DNA from: Laetmonice hystrix
Taxonomy: Eukaryota
NCBI GenBank assembly: GCA_965235115.1
Contig: OZ249436.1
Span: 66,836,001 to 66,900,000, forward strand
Direction: 5' to 3'
Length of the DNA: 64,000 bases
The first letter of the stretch is position 1, and each line of letters starts with the position of its first letter. A program made the position numbers and the translations under genes. Positions 52,900 to 64,000 of this stretch are shown here, in pieces. The notes under the pieces were generated by a model, which did not search any database, was not told where the DNA came from, and worked only from the letters and a program-made list of their open reading frames with translations.

Positions 52900-53930
52900 C
52901 CCATGACATTGTATCTATAAATATCCTCTGACTGTTTCAGACACAGGTCACCATTGACATCGTATCTATGGTATCCTCTGGGCGACTGTGACAGATTATG
53001 TAACCATTGACATCGTATCTATGTTATCCTCTGGGCGACTGTGACAGATTATGTAACCATTGACATCGTATCTATGGTATCCTCTGGGCGACTGTGACAG
53101 ATTATGTAACCATTGACATCGTATCTATGTTATCCTCTGGGCGACTGTGACAGATTATGTAACCATTGACATCGTATCTATGGTATCCTCTGGGCGACTG
53201 TGACAGATTATGTAACCATGGACAGCGTATAGTATCTCTCCTCTGACTTTGGGCGACTGTTTCAGACACACAGGATCTTGGTATCCTCTGGCCGACTGTG
53301 ACAGATTATGTAACCATGGACAGCGTATGGTATCTATACTCTGACTTTAGGCGACTGTTTCAGACACACGTCACCATTGACATCGTATCAATGGTATCCT
53401 CTAGGCGACTGTGACAGATTATGTAACCATGGACAGCGTATCTATGTTATCCTCTGGGCGACTGTGACAGATTATGTAACCATTGACAGCGTATAGTATC
53501 TATACTCTGACTTTGGGCGACTGTTTCAGACACACGTCACCATTGACATCGTATCTATGGTATCCTCTAGGCGACTGTGACAGATTATGTAACCATTGAC
53601 AGCGTATAGTATCTATCCTCTGACTTTGGGCGACTGTTTCAGACACAGGTCACCATTGACATCGTATCTATGGTATCCTCTAGGCGACTGTGACAGATTA
53701 TGTAACCATTGACAGCGTATCTATGTTATCCTCTGGGCGACTGTGACAGATTATGTAACCATTGACAGCGTATGGTATCTGTACTCTGACTTTGGGCGAC
53801 TGTTTCAGACACAGGTCACCATTGACATCGTATCTATGGTATCCTCTAGGCGACTGTGACAGATTATGTAACCATGGACAGCGTATAGTATCTATCCTCT
53901 GACTTTGGGCGACTGTTTCAGACACAGGTA
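52900..53930. repeat. ~53-bp minisatellite with A/B higher-order alternation
   Basis: A = gactgtgacagattatgtaaccattgaca..., B = gactgtttcagacacaggtcaccattgacatcg.... There is a run of A units first, then A and B mostly alternate. Confidence 0.92.
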
Positions 53931-54964
53931 TAGATTGTCCCATGTACAACTCATTCAGATAAATGTGATCTCCCACACACAGAGATTTGTTCGCAAAGAA
54001 TGGTGCTCGGCGGGAGCTGTTATTAATCGTTGTCAAGGAGTGTAAACACATTATAGGGATCTATAGTTTCCACAAAGCTAATTTACACGTAGTCTCGGTA
54101 AAAAACCAGAACGATGTCGTCTATATGTACGAATACCTCCACACGGCAATGTCCTCTATGCTGTGTTAAAGTTAAAGCGCCTTGGAAAAAGAAACTTGGC
54201 ATGGTGTTCTACACATGAAATATTTCAGGTCAAAGTGATTTGTTAAATGTCTCTCCTCTCCCCCTCCCACCCAAACAGGCCGCGCGGACTTGACAGCTGA
54301 TATTTTGAGAGCCCCCGCCCCGCCGTGGCCACTCCTCCGTTGCCCCCTAATTGCGTTTTATGCTGTGTGATCGCATTGACTGAAGAACAGGCCTTTTGAC
54401 ATGTGTAACGGAGTCACCTATAGCTCGCTTACTGCTCTCTGCCAGCACACGGTGAAAACACAATCTGGGCGATTAGCTGCGATTGTTAACACGTGCCCCC
54501 ATTACACAATGTTAGCTCTGATGTCGGGTCGGGTCGGGTCGGGTCGGGTCGGCTTGGCTATGTAGGGGGAACCGTTTCCACCCCCGGCCTTCCTTGCCCG
54601 CCGTCGCTGCCGCTGGATAAGCCCATGTCCAGCCAACTTTTGCTCAACCGAGAAGCCCTATATTGACAAACCAATGTCTGTTGAACTACTCCGGTCGCAC
54701 GTTTTGCACTCTGTTAGCTTACGTGTCGATGCCTAATGACGCCTGAAGGGCCCCCCTAAACACCGACCCCCCTGAACCCCGCCCCCAGACCCCCCCCCCC
54801 CGACATGTCCAAACTGCCAAGGTGTTGCAATGAAGCTAGGGTTTCGGCTCGACTTCGTCGGTCAATATTGATGTAGATGGGCCATGTTACTGTGTACATG
54901 GACGTCCTAACCGTTGGAGCAGGAACCCAGGCCAAGGACACGTCCCAACCCCTACCGACTCAGT

Positions 54965-55113
54965 NNNNNNNNNNNNNNNNNNNNNNNNNNNNNNNNNNNN
55001 NNNNNNNNNNNNNNNNNNNNNNNNNNNNNNNNNNNNNNNNNNNNNNNNNNNNNNNNNNNNNNNNNNNNNNNNNNNNNNNNNNNNNNNNNNNNNNNNNNNN
55101 NNNNNNNNNNNNN
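54965..55113. other. Assembly gap (149 N)
   Basis: Run of N. Confidence 1.
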
Positions 55114-56033
55114 CGGTTTGCCCCAACACCTTTTGGACTGTTTGTCTCATGGTCTGACGGGAGATCCTCCCGTATCTGAGATTGAAGTGGAAGATTTAGT
55201 TCATGTATGCCGCCCTAAACCTGTATACAGTGGGCGGCCCTAGCGAGGAGCAGGCATGTTTTTAGCCCCTGCTGAGACCTGCTGATGTTTACATCCCCTT
55301 AGCGTGTAGAATGCGAGCACACTGTCCTGAGATGCATTGGGATGCATGACCAAACCAAAAAGAAAAAAGCCGGGCGTTAAGTGGCCTTCCTTCCGATGGT
55401 GATTACAACTGTATTAAGTGCGGTTCGCAGCTCGTCAACGTCCCGGTAATTCCGTCAGCATGTGTGTGGGTTGTGGCTTCTGTCTCAGTCCTCGTTCCTG
55501 GATACTGGAGGACGTCAACGGGTGGGGGCGGGGTGGTCTGAGGGCTGCCTCCCGTAAGTCTAGGACCTCCCTCCAACCCACCCACCAACCCCGGCCTGCG
55601 GTCAGTGCACCTGATCCGGCCTCCTCGGCCCCACTCCCGGGGGAAGTGACCCCCTCCCGGTAAATCACTCGGTGCGGGACCCCTAGCCCTCCCCCCGGCC
55701 CCCACCTAAAGGTGTTCCTTCTCATGGCGGAACATGGAACGCAGCTACACGGAAAGTGGATCAATGTTTATGTCAACTGTCTGGAGTCACTGATTACGGT
55801 CTGGAGGGAGGGAGGGCGGGTCCTCCAGCAGTAGATCTACACGTACCGTGAGGGGATCTTCCTGATACAACTCCCACTCCCATCCACCTCCGGGTCCAAA
55901 AAATGATTTATATCAAAAACATTACATGCCTACTTGCCTTATGGTTCTGACTAAACAGGGCCCCGTGCACATCAACCTAAAATACATTGGATCACCTCAG
56001 AAAATAGGTACGTAACAGACATGGCACACTCAC

Positions 56034-56473
56034 CTCCATAGCTTGCCCAGGGTCTTGGAGAGTTCGGCGTTGTGAAGGTGCGGGTACTGGTCGGCTAGTT
56101 TCCGTCGGGCTGCCTGAGCCCACACCATGAACGCATTCATCGGCCGCTTGATGTGAGGTTTCCGCTTCTCTCCACCAGGAGGCCTGGTCGGCATGGGAAC
56201 CAACGTCCAGTCGTATCCTTTGAGCACCTGGCTGACAGCATCCTGGATCTGGTTGGTGCACTTGTCGTCGGCGGCGGCGGCCAGTTTGCCGGCCAGGGAG
56301 GCCATTGCCTTCTCTGTCAAGTGGACGGAGCGCGGACTGCCGCTGGTCGTGTCGTCGTCAGAGCCGAGCGGTGAGTCGAGACTCGGTGAGCGGCCTGGTG
56401 ACCCGGGACTGTCCGCCCCCAACCCGCTACCACCACTACCGTTACCCGGCTTCGGGTCGTTGACATCCGTCAT
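56034..56473 (-). CDS. SoxE: SoxE coding exon 1 (N-terminus, dimerization domain, first part of the HMG box)
   Basis: First in-frame ATG at 56473 (MTDVNDPKP...). Encodes the SoxE dimerization motif [20 protein letters not shown] and the HMG start [42 protein letters not shown]. Ends at AG|GTGAGT (phase 2), the conserved SoxE intron position LWR^LL. Confidence 0.97.
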
Positions 56474-56974
56474 TCTCAACTCGACCCCGGTTGTGACTTG
56501 AAGAACACGCCGATCCCAAGGCTCCACGCTGGCTGATCTCTGAGCACTCCTCTCGATCCCAATCAATCCGATTAGCTTTCTCCACCTTTCTATAATCGAT
56601 GGGGCCCTGCTTATCTTTCTCCTCCTCGAGTATCTCAACCTCAGATTATAAACCACTCTATCAGAAGTGATTTAAAAGGTGTCAGTGGAGAAGGTAACTA
56701 TGTACACTCCGGGATGACGAGGTGGCAGGTCCAAAGGAAAGTTTTCCTAGATGTGTGTCCAGTTGACCCCCAGTCCAGTAACAAGTGACAGTCCGAACTA
56801 ACGACCAAGTGACAGTGACGAAGGGGTGCTGCCGTATGAGCGGTGGCAAGTAGAGAGCAGGCAAGTCGTAAGTCCACACGTGTTTGTCTGCCCCCATCAG
56901 CTAGCGGAATGTCCACACGGGCCAGAATCAGCGAGCAGTATGTCAAGACATCACGCTCTCGTAGTACTATTATA

Positions 56975-57040
56975 CCCTAGACGTCACGGCCCGGCGATGG
57001 CCGATGATTGACAGCAACCCTCCTTTGACTCCGCCCCGGC
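56975..57040 (-). promoter_or_regulatory. Candidate SoxE proximal promoter motif cluster
   Basis: About 0.5 kb upstream of the ATG and within 60 bp: CRE-like TGACGTCT (~56979-56986), Pbx/Prep decamer TGATTGACAG (57005-57014) and GC box GGGGCGGAG (57029-57037). TSS not determined. Confidence 0.45.
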
Positions 57041-58532
57041 CTGGGCCACTCGAGATAGTCAAACTAATTTGCATACGAGAGGCGTCGAGGGAGTTTTACA
57101 TCTCGATGCGGATGTCCCTGTAAGGAGGCTTCTGATAGGAGGACGTTCAGATACGACATATCGAATAAACAATAAACACAAGTTGCATGGAGGAGGAATC
57201 ATTCAAAGTGTGGGTGCAGGCGGCAGCCTGTATCTACCGACTTGGTTTATGGGTCGGAGTTAGCCTACACGTATGGGGAAGAGTTTGAAAACGGTGGCGA
57301 TTTCTCACTTTCACAGAGCGAGCGGCATACTTTTTATATGTTTCGCAGCAAGTGAAGCGACTCGACAGGACCTACTAGACATTGTTGTCCTCTTACTCAT
57401 GCCTTGCCCACGTGACTGAGTCCGGATGGCTGGAATACCAGCATCAGACTGCCATGTTGACAGATCTTCTAATCAAAGAACTTTCCGACCAATCGGGCAG
57501 ATACAAATCGTGATGACCACCTCAAAACTAGATTTCCCCTCTCCTGATACAAAACATTTGTCTCAACAAACCTGTTTTCAGATTGTTTTTCTCTTCTACA
57601 ATCGTAGTTCGCGAAGAGATGTGCTTTATAGAAATTGGAATTGTGTATTTTTCTAGAATACCGTTTGATTATTTGTTTTAATCGCAGCACGTTTATCTAT
57701 AGGACATTTTATGGTCCTAAGTGACTTGTAGAGGGCCGAGTCGTTGCCCACACACTCTGACTCAAAAGTCTAGTGTATACATTAACGTCTATGTTGTGCC
57801 AGTACATGTATGTTTACATATAATATTTGTACAAAAGGTACGCTTGCATGTTTGTATAAAGAATGTATGCCCGTATACACGTGATGTATACGTCTGTATA
57901 TTTCCGTATTATGTAATAATGCATGTCCGTCGTATATATAATCGTATTTGGCTTGGTGTACATGTGTGCATGCCTGTGCGTCTGGTCTAGGGGGTCCAGG
58001 AGGAGGACCCCCCCCCCCCCTCCAGTCCACCCATTCGCACGGTTCCCCGACGTATTTTCCGTAGCGCTGCGCCCATTATTCCAGGCATGCTTGACGTTGT
58101 GTTTGGCGAGTTGACACCCATCCTCCCTCACCCCCCCCCCACCACCACCACCACCGCCACCATTACCACCACCGTCTTCATGCACCACTGAGCCGTTTCA
58201 ACTGACGTCCTCTTCCAAACCCTGCACGTGACAAAACTCGCTAAACGCTCGTCCTCATTATATAATTGAATATGCCAATCTGTTATGCCTTTAAAGACTG
58301 CACCATATACTTATTACCCTCTACCTATACAACCCCATGTGCTGTGACGTATATACTAGACCTCGCACATAAAGGTTTGACGGACGGAAACGTCGCCTCT
58401 GATCCCACACCTCTCTTGACGTGATGATATGTAAGATATATAATCGTTTTTCAAGTTAGTGGTGTTCGATTGCTGAACCAGTTGTCCCCCGTTCATTCAG
58501 AAGGAGGTAGTGTAAACGGGTGAGAGCCCATT

Positions 58533-60985
58533 CACCGGTCGGCCCCAAGCTGTCCGTACATACCCGGCCACGGTCCTACTCATACCCACGGCCAGTATAA
58601 ACTGTCAGTTCCTCACACGGCAGTCGTCACCGGTCGGCCCCAAGCTGTCCGTACATACCCGGCCACAGTCCTGCTCATACCCACGGCCAGTATAAACTGT
58701 CAGTTCCTCACACGGCAGTCGTCACCGGTCGGCCCCAAGCTGTCCGTACATACCCGACCACGGTCCTACTCATACCCACGGCCAGTATAAACTGTCAGTT
58801 CTCCACACGGCAGTCGTCACCGGTCGGCCCCAAGCTGTCCGTACATACCCGGCCACAGTCCTGCTCATACCCACGGCCAGTATAAACTGTCAGTTCTCCA
58901 CACGGCAGTCGTCACCGGTCGGCCCCAAGCTGTCCGTACATACCGGGCCGTCCTACTCATACCCACGGCCAGTATAAACTGTCAGTTCCTCACACGGCAG
59001 TCGTCACCGGTCGGCCCCAAGCTGTCCGTACATACCCGGCCATTCTACTCATACCCACGGCCAGTATAAACTGTCAGTTCCTCACACGGCAGTCGTCACC
59101 GGTCGGCCCCAAGCTGTCCGTACATACCCGGCCACAGTCCTACTCATACCCACGGCCAGTATAAACTGTCAGTTCTCCACACGGCAGTCGTCACCTGTCG
59201 GCCCCAAGCTGTCCGTACATACCCGGCCGTCCTACTCATACCCACGGCCAGTATATATACTGTCAGTTCCTCACACGGCAGTCGTCACCGGTCGGCCCCA
59301 AGCTGTCCGTACATACCCGGCCACGGTCCTACTCATACCCACGGCCAGTATAAACTGTCAGTTCCCCACACGGCAGTCGTCACCGGTCGGCCCCAAGCTG
59401 TCCGTACATACCCGGCCACGGTCCTACTCATACCCACGGCCAGTATAAACTGTCAGTTCTCCACACGGCAGTCGTCACCGGTCGGCCCCAAGCTGTCCGT
59501 ACATACCCGGCCGTCCTACTCATACCCACGGCCAGTATAAACTGTCAGTTCCTCACACGGCAGTCGTCACCGGTCGGCCCCAAGCTGTCCGTACATACCC
59601 GGCCACAGTCCTGCTCATACCCACGGCCAGTATAAACTGTCAGTTCCTCACACGGCAGTCGTCACCGGTCGGCCCCAAGCTGTCCGTACATACCCGGCCA
59701 CGGTCCTACTCATACCCACGGCCAGTATAAACTGTCAGTTCCTCACACGGCAGTCGTCACCGGTCGGCCCCAAGCTGTCCGTACATACCCGGCCACAGTC
59801 CTACTCATACCCACGGCCAGTATGAACTGTCAGTTCCTCACACGGCAGTCGTCACCGGTCGGCCCCAAGCTGTCCGTACATACCCGGCCACAGTCCTACT
59901 CATACCCACGGCCAGTATAAACTGTCAGTTCCTCACACGGCAGTCGTCACCGGTCGGCCCCAAGCTGTCCGTACATACCCGGCCACAGTCCTACTCATAC
60001 CCACGGCCAGTATGAACTGTCAGTTCCTCACACGGCAGTCGTCACCGGTCGGCCCCAAGCTGTCCGTACATACCCGGCCACAGTCCTACTCATACCCACG
60101 GCCAGTATAAACTGTCAGTTCCTCACACGGCAGTCGTCACCGGTCGGCCCCAAGCTGTCCGTACATACCCGGCCATCCTACTCATACCCACGGCCAGTAT
60201 AAACTGTCAGTTCCTCACACGGCCCAGTCGTCACCGGTCGGCCCCAAGCTGTCCGTACATACCCGGCCATTCTACTCATACCCACGGCCAGTATATACTG
60301 TCAGTTCCTCACACGGCAGTCGTCACCGGTCGGCCCCAAGCTGTCCGTACATACCCGGCCACAGTCCTGCTCATACCCACGGCCAGTATAAACTGTCAGT
60401 TCCTCACACGGCAGTCGTCACCGGTCGGCCCCAAGCTGTCCGTACATACCCGACCACGGTCCTGCTCATACCCACGGCCAGTATAAACTGTCAGTTCTCC
60501 ACACGGCAGTCGTCACCGGTCGGCCCCAAGCTGTCCGTACATACCCGGCCACAGTCCTACTCATACCCACGGCCAGTATAAACTGTCAGTTCTCCACACG
60601 GCAGTCGTCACCTGTCGGCCCCAAGCTGTCCGTACATACCCGGCCGTCCTACTCATACCCATGGCCAGTATATATACTGTCAGTTCCTCACACAGCAGTC
60701 GTCACCGGTCGGCCCCAAGCTGTCCGTACATACCCGGCCACGGTCCTACTCATACCCACGGCCAGTATAAACTGTCAGTTCCTCACACGGCAGTCGTCAC
60801 CGGTCGGCCCCAAGCTGTCCGTACATACCCGGCCATTCTACTCATACCCACGGCCAGTATATATACTGTCAGTTTCCCACACAGCAGTCGTCACCGGTCG
60901 GCCCCAAGCTGTCCGTACATACCCGGCCGTCCTACTATACCCACGGCCAGTATAAACTGTCAGTTCCCCACACGGCAGTCGTCAA
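58533..60985. repeat. 95-bp satellite, ~26 copies, ~2 kb upstream of the SoxE ATG
   Basis: Unit caccggtcggccccaagctgtccgtacatacccggccacagtcctactcatacccacggccagtataaactgtcagttcctcacacggcagtcgt. Period 95 (58533, 58628). Confidence 0.98.
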
Positions 60986-63319
60986 CGACAGTTTGAGTTA
61001 AGTGTCGATTTGACCCGAGATCAGAGCGTCACTCTGTAACATGAAAACGTCCAGGTTAAAGTTGTACCTATAGCCATGACACAATGGGTAAGACCTGCTT
61101 AGTCAATAGGGTTGGGGGTGTATTCACCTCAGCTGTCAAAGTCATCCGCTCTCATGCCATATATTACCTTTTTTTAACAAAGACTTTAATTCGGTACATA
61201 AATCGTTCACTGTTTTCCTTCTCTTGTAATAGTCTTTCAGTCGTATCAAACATATCAAACATAATTAAGGGTGATTCATCTAAAATTTCATATTTGACGT
61301 GATATGTCGCTAGAATTACCTGGTGAGAACTCCCACGAAAGAGTTTAACTGTTTACGTACCTTTCTGGGTGCATGGGGCATTATTATTCAATACAGAAAC
61401 ATCTAAAGAGTTTTGGGGCCCTGGGCCAATAAGCCAATCTCAGCGCCATCATTTTGACGCTCTGGCAGATTTCAAAATGGTGGATTGCAATTAAGTTATC
61501 ATCAAGCTAGCTAGTTGTCCACGCTTTATTCCCAATATTGAAGCATGTCAATGCGGCCGGGGCACACAACATTATCTCAATGTATGCGATAAGTCTCCAG
61601 CCACACAGAAATACGCCAACTCCCGAGGTTAAGCGTCAATTTGACTTCAGGTCATGACCTGTATATCTTTAATCAGGTTAACAAACGAAAAGATAAATGC
61701 ACGCCACTGACATGAAGTGTACGTGCACAGTTAGTGTTGTTACGAGACGTGTATAGAAGTTATACCTCAGCAGGCAATCTCCCCACTGAGGGTGTCATGT
61801 TGTGATAAACTGTTACCGGGATTCACACAGAGGACGATAAGACCTCTCTCCACCGGACGTGACCAAGGAACTAACTTCCGGTGAACCGTTTATTATCAAT
61901 TCTATGATAGTAACACTCGGTATAGGAGGTTTCAGGCACTACGTCACTTCCGATAGCGGGGGTGGTTACGTAACCACCTACAGCGCTCTGGCTGGCAGAA
62001 AGTCAACAATGGAGCCAGTGATGCACTGTAAACAATACAGATTCTTCTCCGTATTTTGTCTGTTTATGCACGTTTTTCGAAGAACAACCAAATATGGTTG
62101 TATCCTGCACAGTATACATACTAAGCACTATTAGCGAGGTCAAGGAAGGCTGGACAGATCAGGTCTGGGTGGTTTACGGAGCGGGCAGGGATTTTTTTAT
62201 GCAACGGGCCCCAGGCCACGGGTGTAAGCATGCACGGTGCCGGGGGTGGCTGCGTGAACGCCGGGAGCTGGGTACACTGACACGCGTGCTTGTGTTCTGG
62301 TGGTTACCTTCCCCTTTTTTTACCCAAATTTAGATGACGGGGGGGGGGGGGTATTTTACCTCCATCTGTCTATTCGTCAAAAAAGTTTCCCCAGTCCCAT
62401 GCAACAAAATGTTAGGGATTCATTTAAAAAAAAACATGAGAAACTACATACGTATAAACTGAAAGTGAAAGAGAGCATGCCAACCAGCGCTCTCAGTACG
62501 GCTCGTCGGTAGAGTGCAACCGGGTCAACTAACACTGGGGGCCGGGCGGTCAAGAAGCTGTGACGGCTCGCGGGCTGACTGGGCCCGACTGGCCCGAGTC
62601 CACCCTTCTTTGTCGAAATACGGGTCAGTTAAAAATCAAACTGCCATCATACTGAAGTTTGGCTTTACATCGCTCTTTAGTGTCTGTAGCCTATCTAGGT
62701 TTAGAACGTACACGGACCAGTTATTATCCATGATTGCAGCATAGTTTCCGACGGACTCTGTGGTCAGTGGTAGTAAACACAGCTGCTGGTGTGTACTTTC
62801 TGCCAGCCAGAGTCATGGCGCCAGTCATGCGCATGCGCGAATCACCCCCATGTTTGTAAACATGAAATCTCCTATATGGAAGAGTACCTGATGGAATGAT
62901 TGGGGATTTGTAAAGGTGATTCACTGACCGGCATCTCTGGGCCATCTTCAGGGCAGGACATGAAGAGAGGTTTCACTTAGTCACGCGTTCTCTTTGTGAT
63001 GGTGAGATTATTGAGGCCGTGATAAACACCTGGGGGTAAACACCACTACCCTTCATGATGACGTAACCTGGGGCCGTTTCTACAGATATAGGAGCGATAG
63101 GTTTCTCGTGTTGCAGACCACACTGGCAGCAGGATCTCTCACAGTGTTCCCGTTTCCGTCGTATCACCAGAAAATAGTGTAAGCCGAACAACGGTAGTAA
63201 TGATGACGATCGTCAGATTATAATAATTACAATATAACAGGAATGTAGGCTTATCTTACATAACATTATTATGTAGCATTCACGCATTCATGCTTCACAA
63301 CCTCTTTGCAACTATTTTC

Positions 63320-63395
63320 GCGACTGATTCGCAATTTGTCATCAAAGTTGCGAATCAGTCGCAAAGTTTTGTTTGTGACTGATTCGCAACTTTGA
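63320..63395. repeat. Triple alternating inverted repeat
   Basis: gcgactgattcgcaa (63320-63334), ttgcgaatcagtcgc (63348-63362) and gtgactgattcgcaactttga (63375-63395). Confidence 0.85.
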
Positions 63396-63814
63396 TTCTT
63401 TAGGCTAGTCAGTTGCGAACTGGTCACCATCGGTGGATCAGGGCCATTACTCGCACACCGGGATAGCGTCTTTTTTTTTTTTTTACTCATTTCGGTTAGT
63501 GGCAAGGGTTCTTCAACCTTACAGACTTACATGCCCGGCCATTGATATTGTTTCACAAGGACGGGGTCAGGGCTGGGGATGTGGGCGTAGTATAAGTCTT
63601 GGTCTAGTCTCTGGTGTAACACAAGAAGCCGGTCCCATCTCATCTTCGGGATGGTGTGATACAAGCAGTTGGTCCTATAAGTATAATGACAAAGGTACAC
63701 AAGGTATGTCAGTCGGTTCAATCGACGGGCGTGTGTCAGAAACAAAAAATCGGTCCTTAATACCGTACAAAGATGACGGTACGGGCCCGACGCCCTCTGG
63801 CGGCCTCTCGTGGC

Positions 63815-64000
63815 AGACCACCGGCTATAGAAGGGACAGGTCCGGCTGTAGAAGCAGCAGACCACCGGCTATAGAAGGGACAGGTCCGGCTGTAGAAGCA
63901 GCAGACCACCGGCTATAGAAGGGACAGGTCCGGCTGTAGAAGCAGCAGACCACCGGCTATAGAAGGGACAGGCCCGGCTGTAGAAGCAGCAGACCACCGG
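63815..64000. repeat. 44-bp tandem repeat, ~4 copies, cut by the window edge
   Basis: Unit agaccaccggctatagaagggacaggtccggctgtagaagcagc. Confidence 0.95.

Larger units (their letters stand above)
36109..56033 (-). other. SoxE intron 1 (~19.9 kb, GT-AG)
   Basis: GTGAGT donor at 56033 and CAG acceptor at 36111-36109. The exon phases are compatible. Contains an N gap and at least seven tandem arrays. Confidence 0.85.

Noticed and set aside
62705-62800. taaacacagctgctggtgtg resembling miR-317
   Set aside because: Seed mismatch and no convincing hairpin.

Overview
This is animal (protostome, probably lophotrochozoan) genomic DNA, gene-poor and rich in minisatellites. It holds one clear protein-coding gene: a three-exon SoxE (Sox8/9/10 group) on the minus strand, with exons at 56473-56034, 36108-35738 and 35427-34601 encoding 545 aa. 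Its ~20 kb first intron spans an assembly gap. About 7.6 kb beyond the SoxE stop codon, on the plus strand, lies a bantam-family microRNA hairpin (26942-27016) that the ORF track does not show. The SoxE 3' UTR carries a perfect bantam 8mer seed site (34415-34423) between two candidate poly(A) signals. This suggests a physically linked miRNA/target pair that alternative polyadenylation could switch. The rest is about 16 unrelated tandem arrays (roughly a sixth of the window), small MITE-like elements, CTCF-like motifs and a possible decayed coding island at 30.1-31.7 kb. Nearly all other ORFs in the track look spurious.
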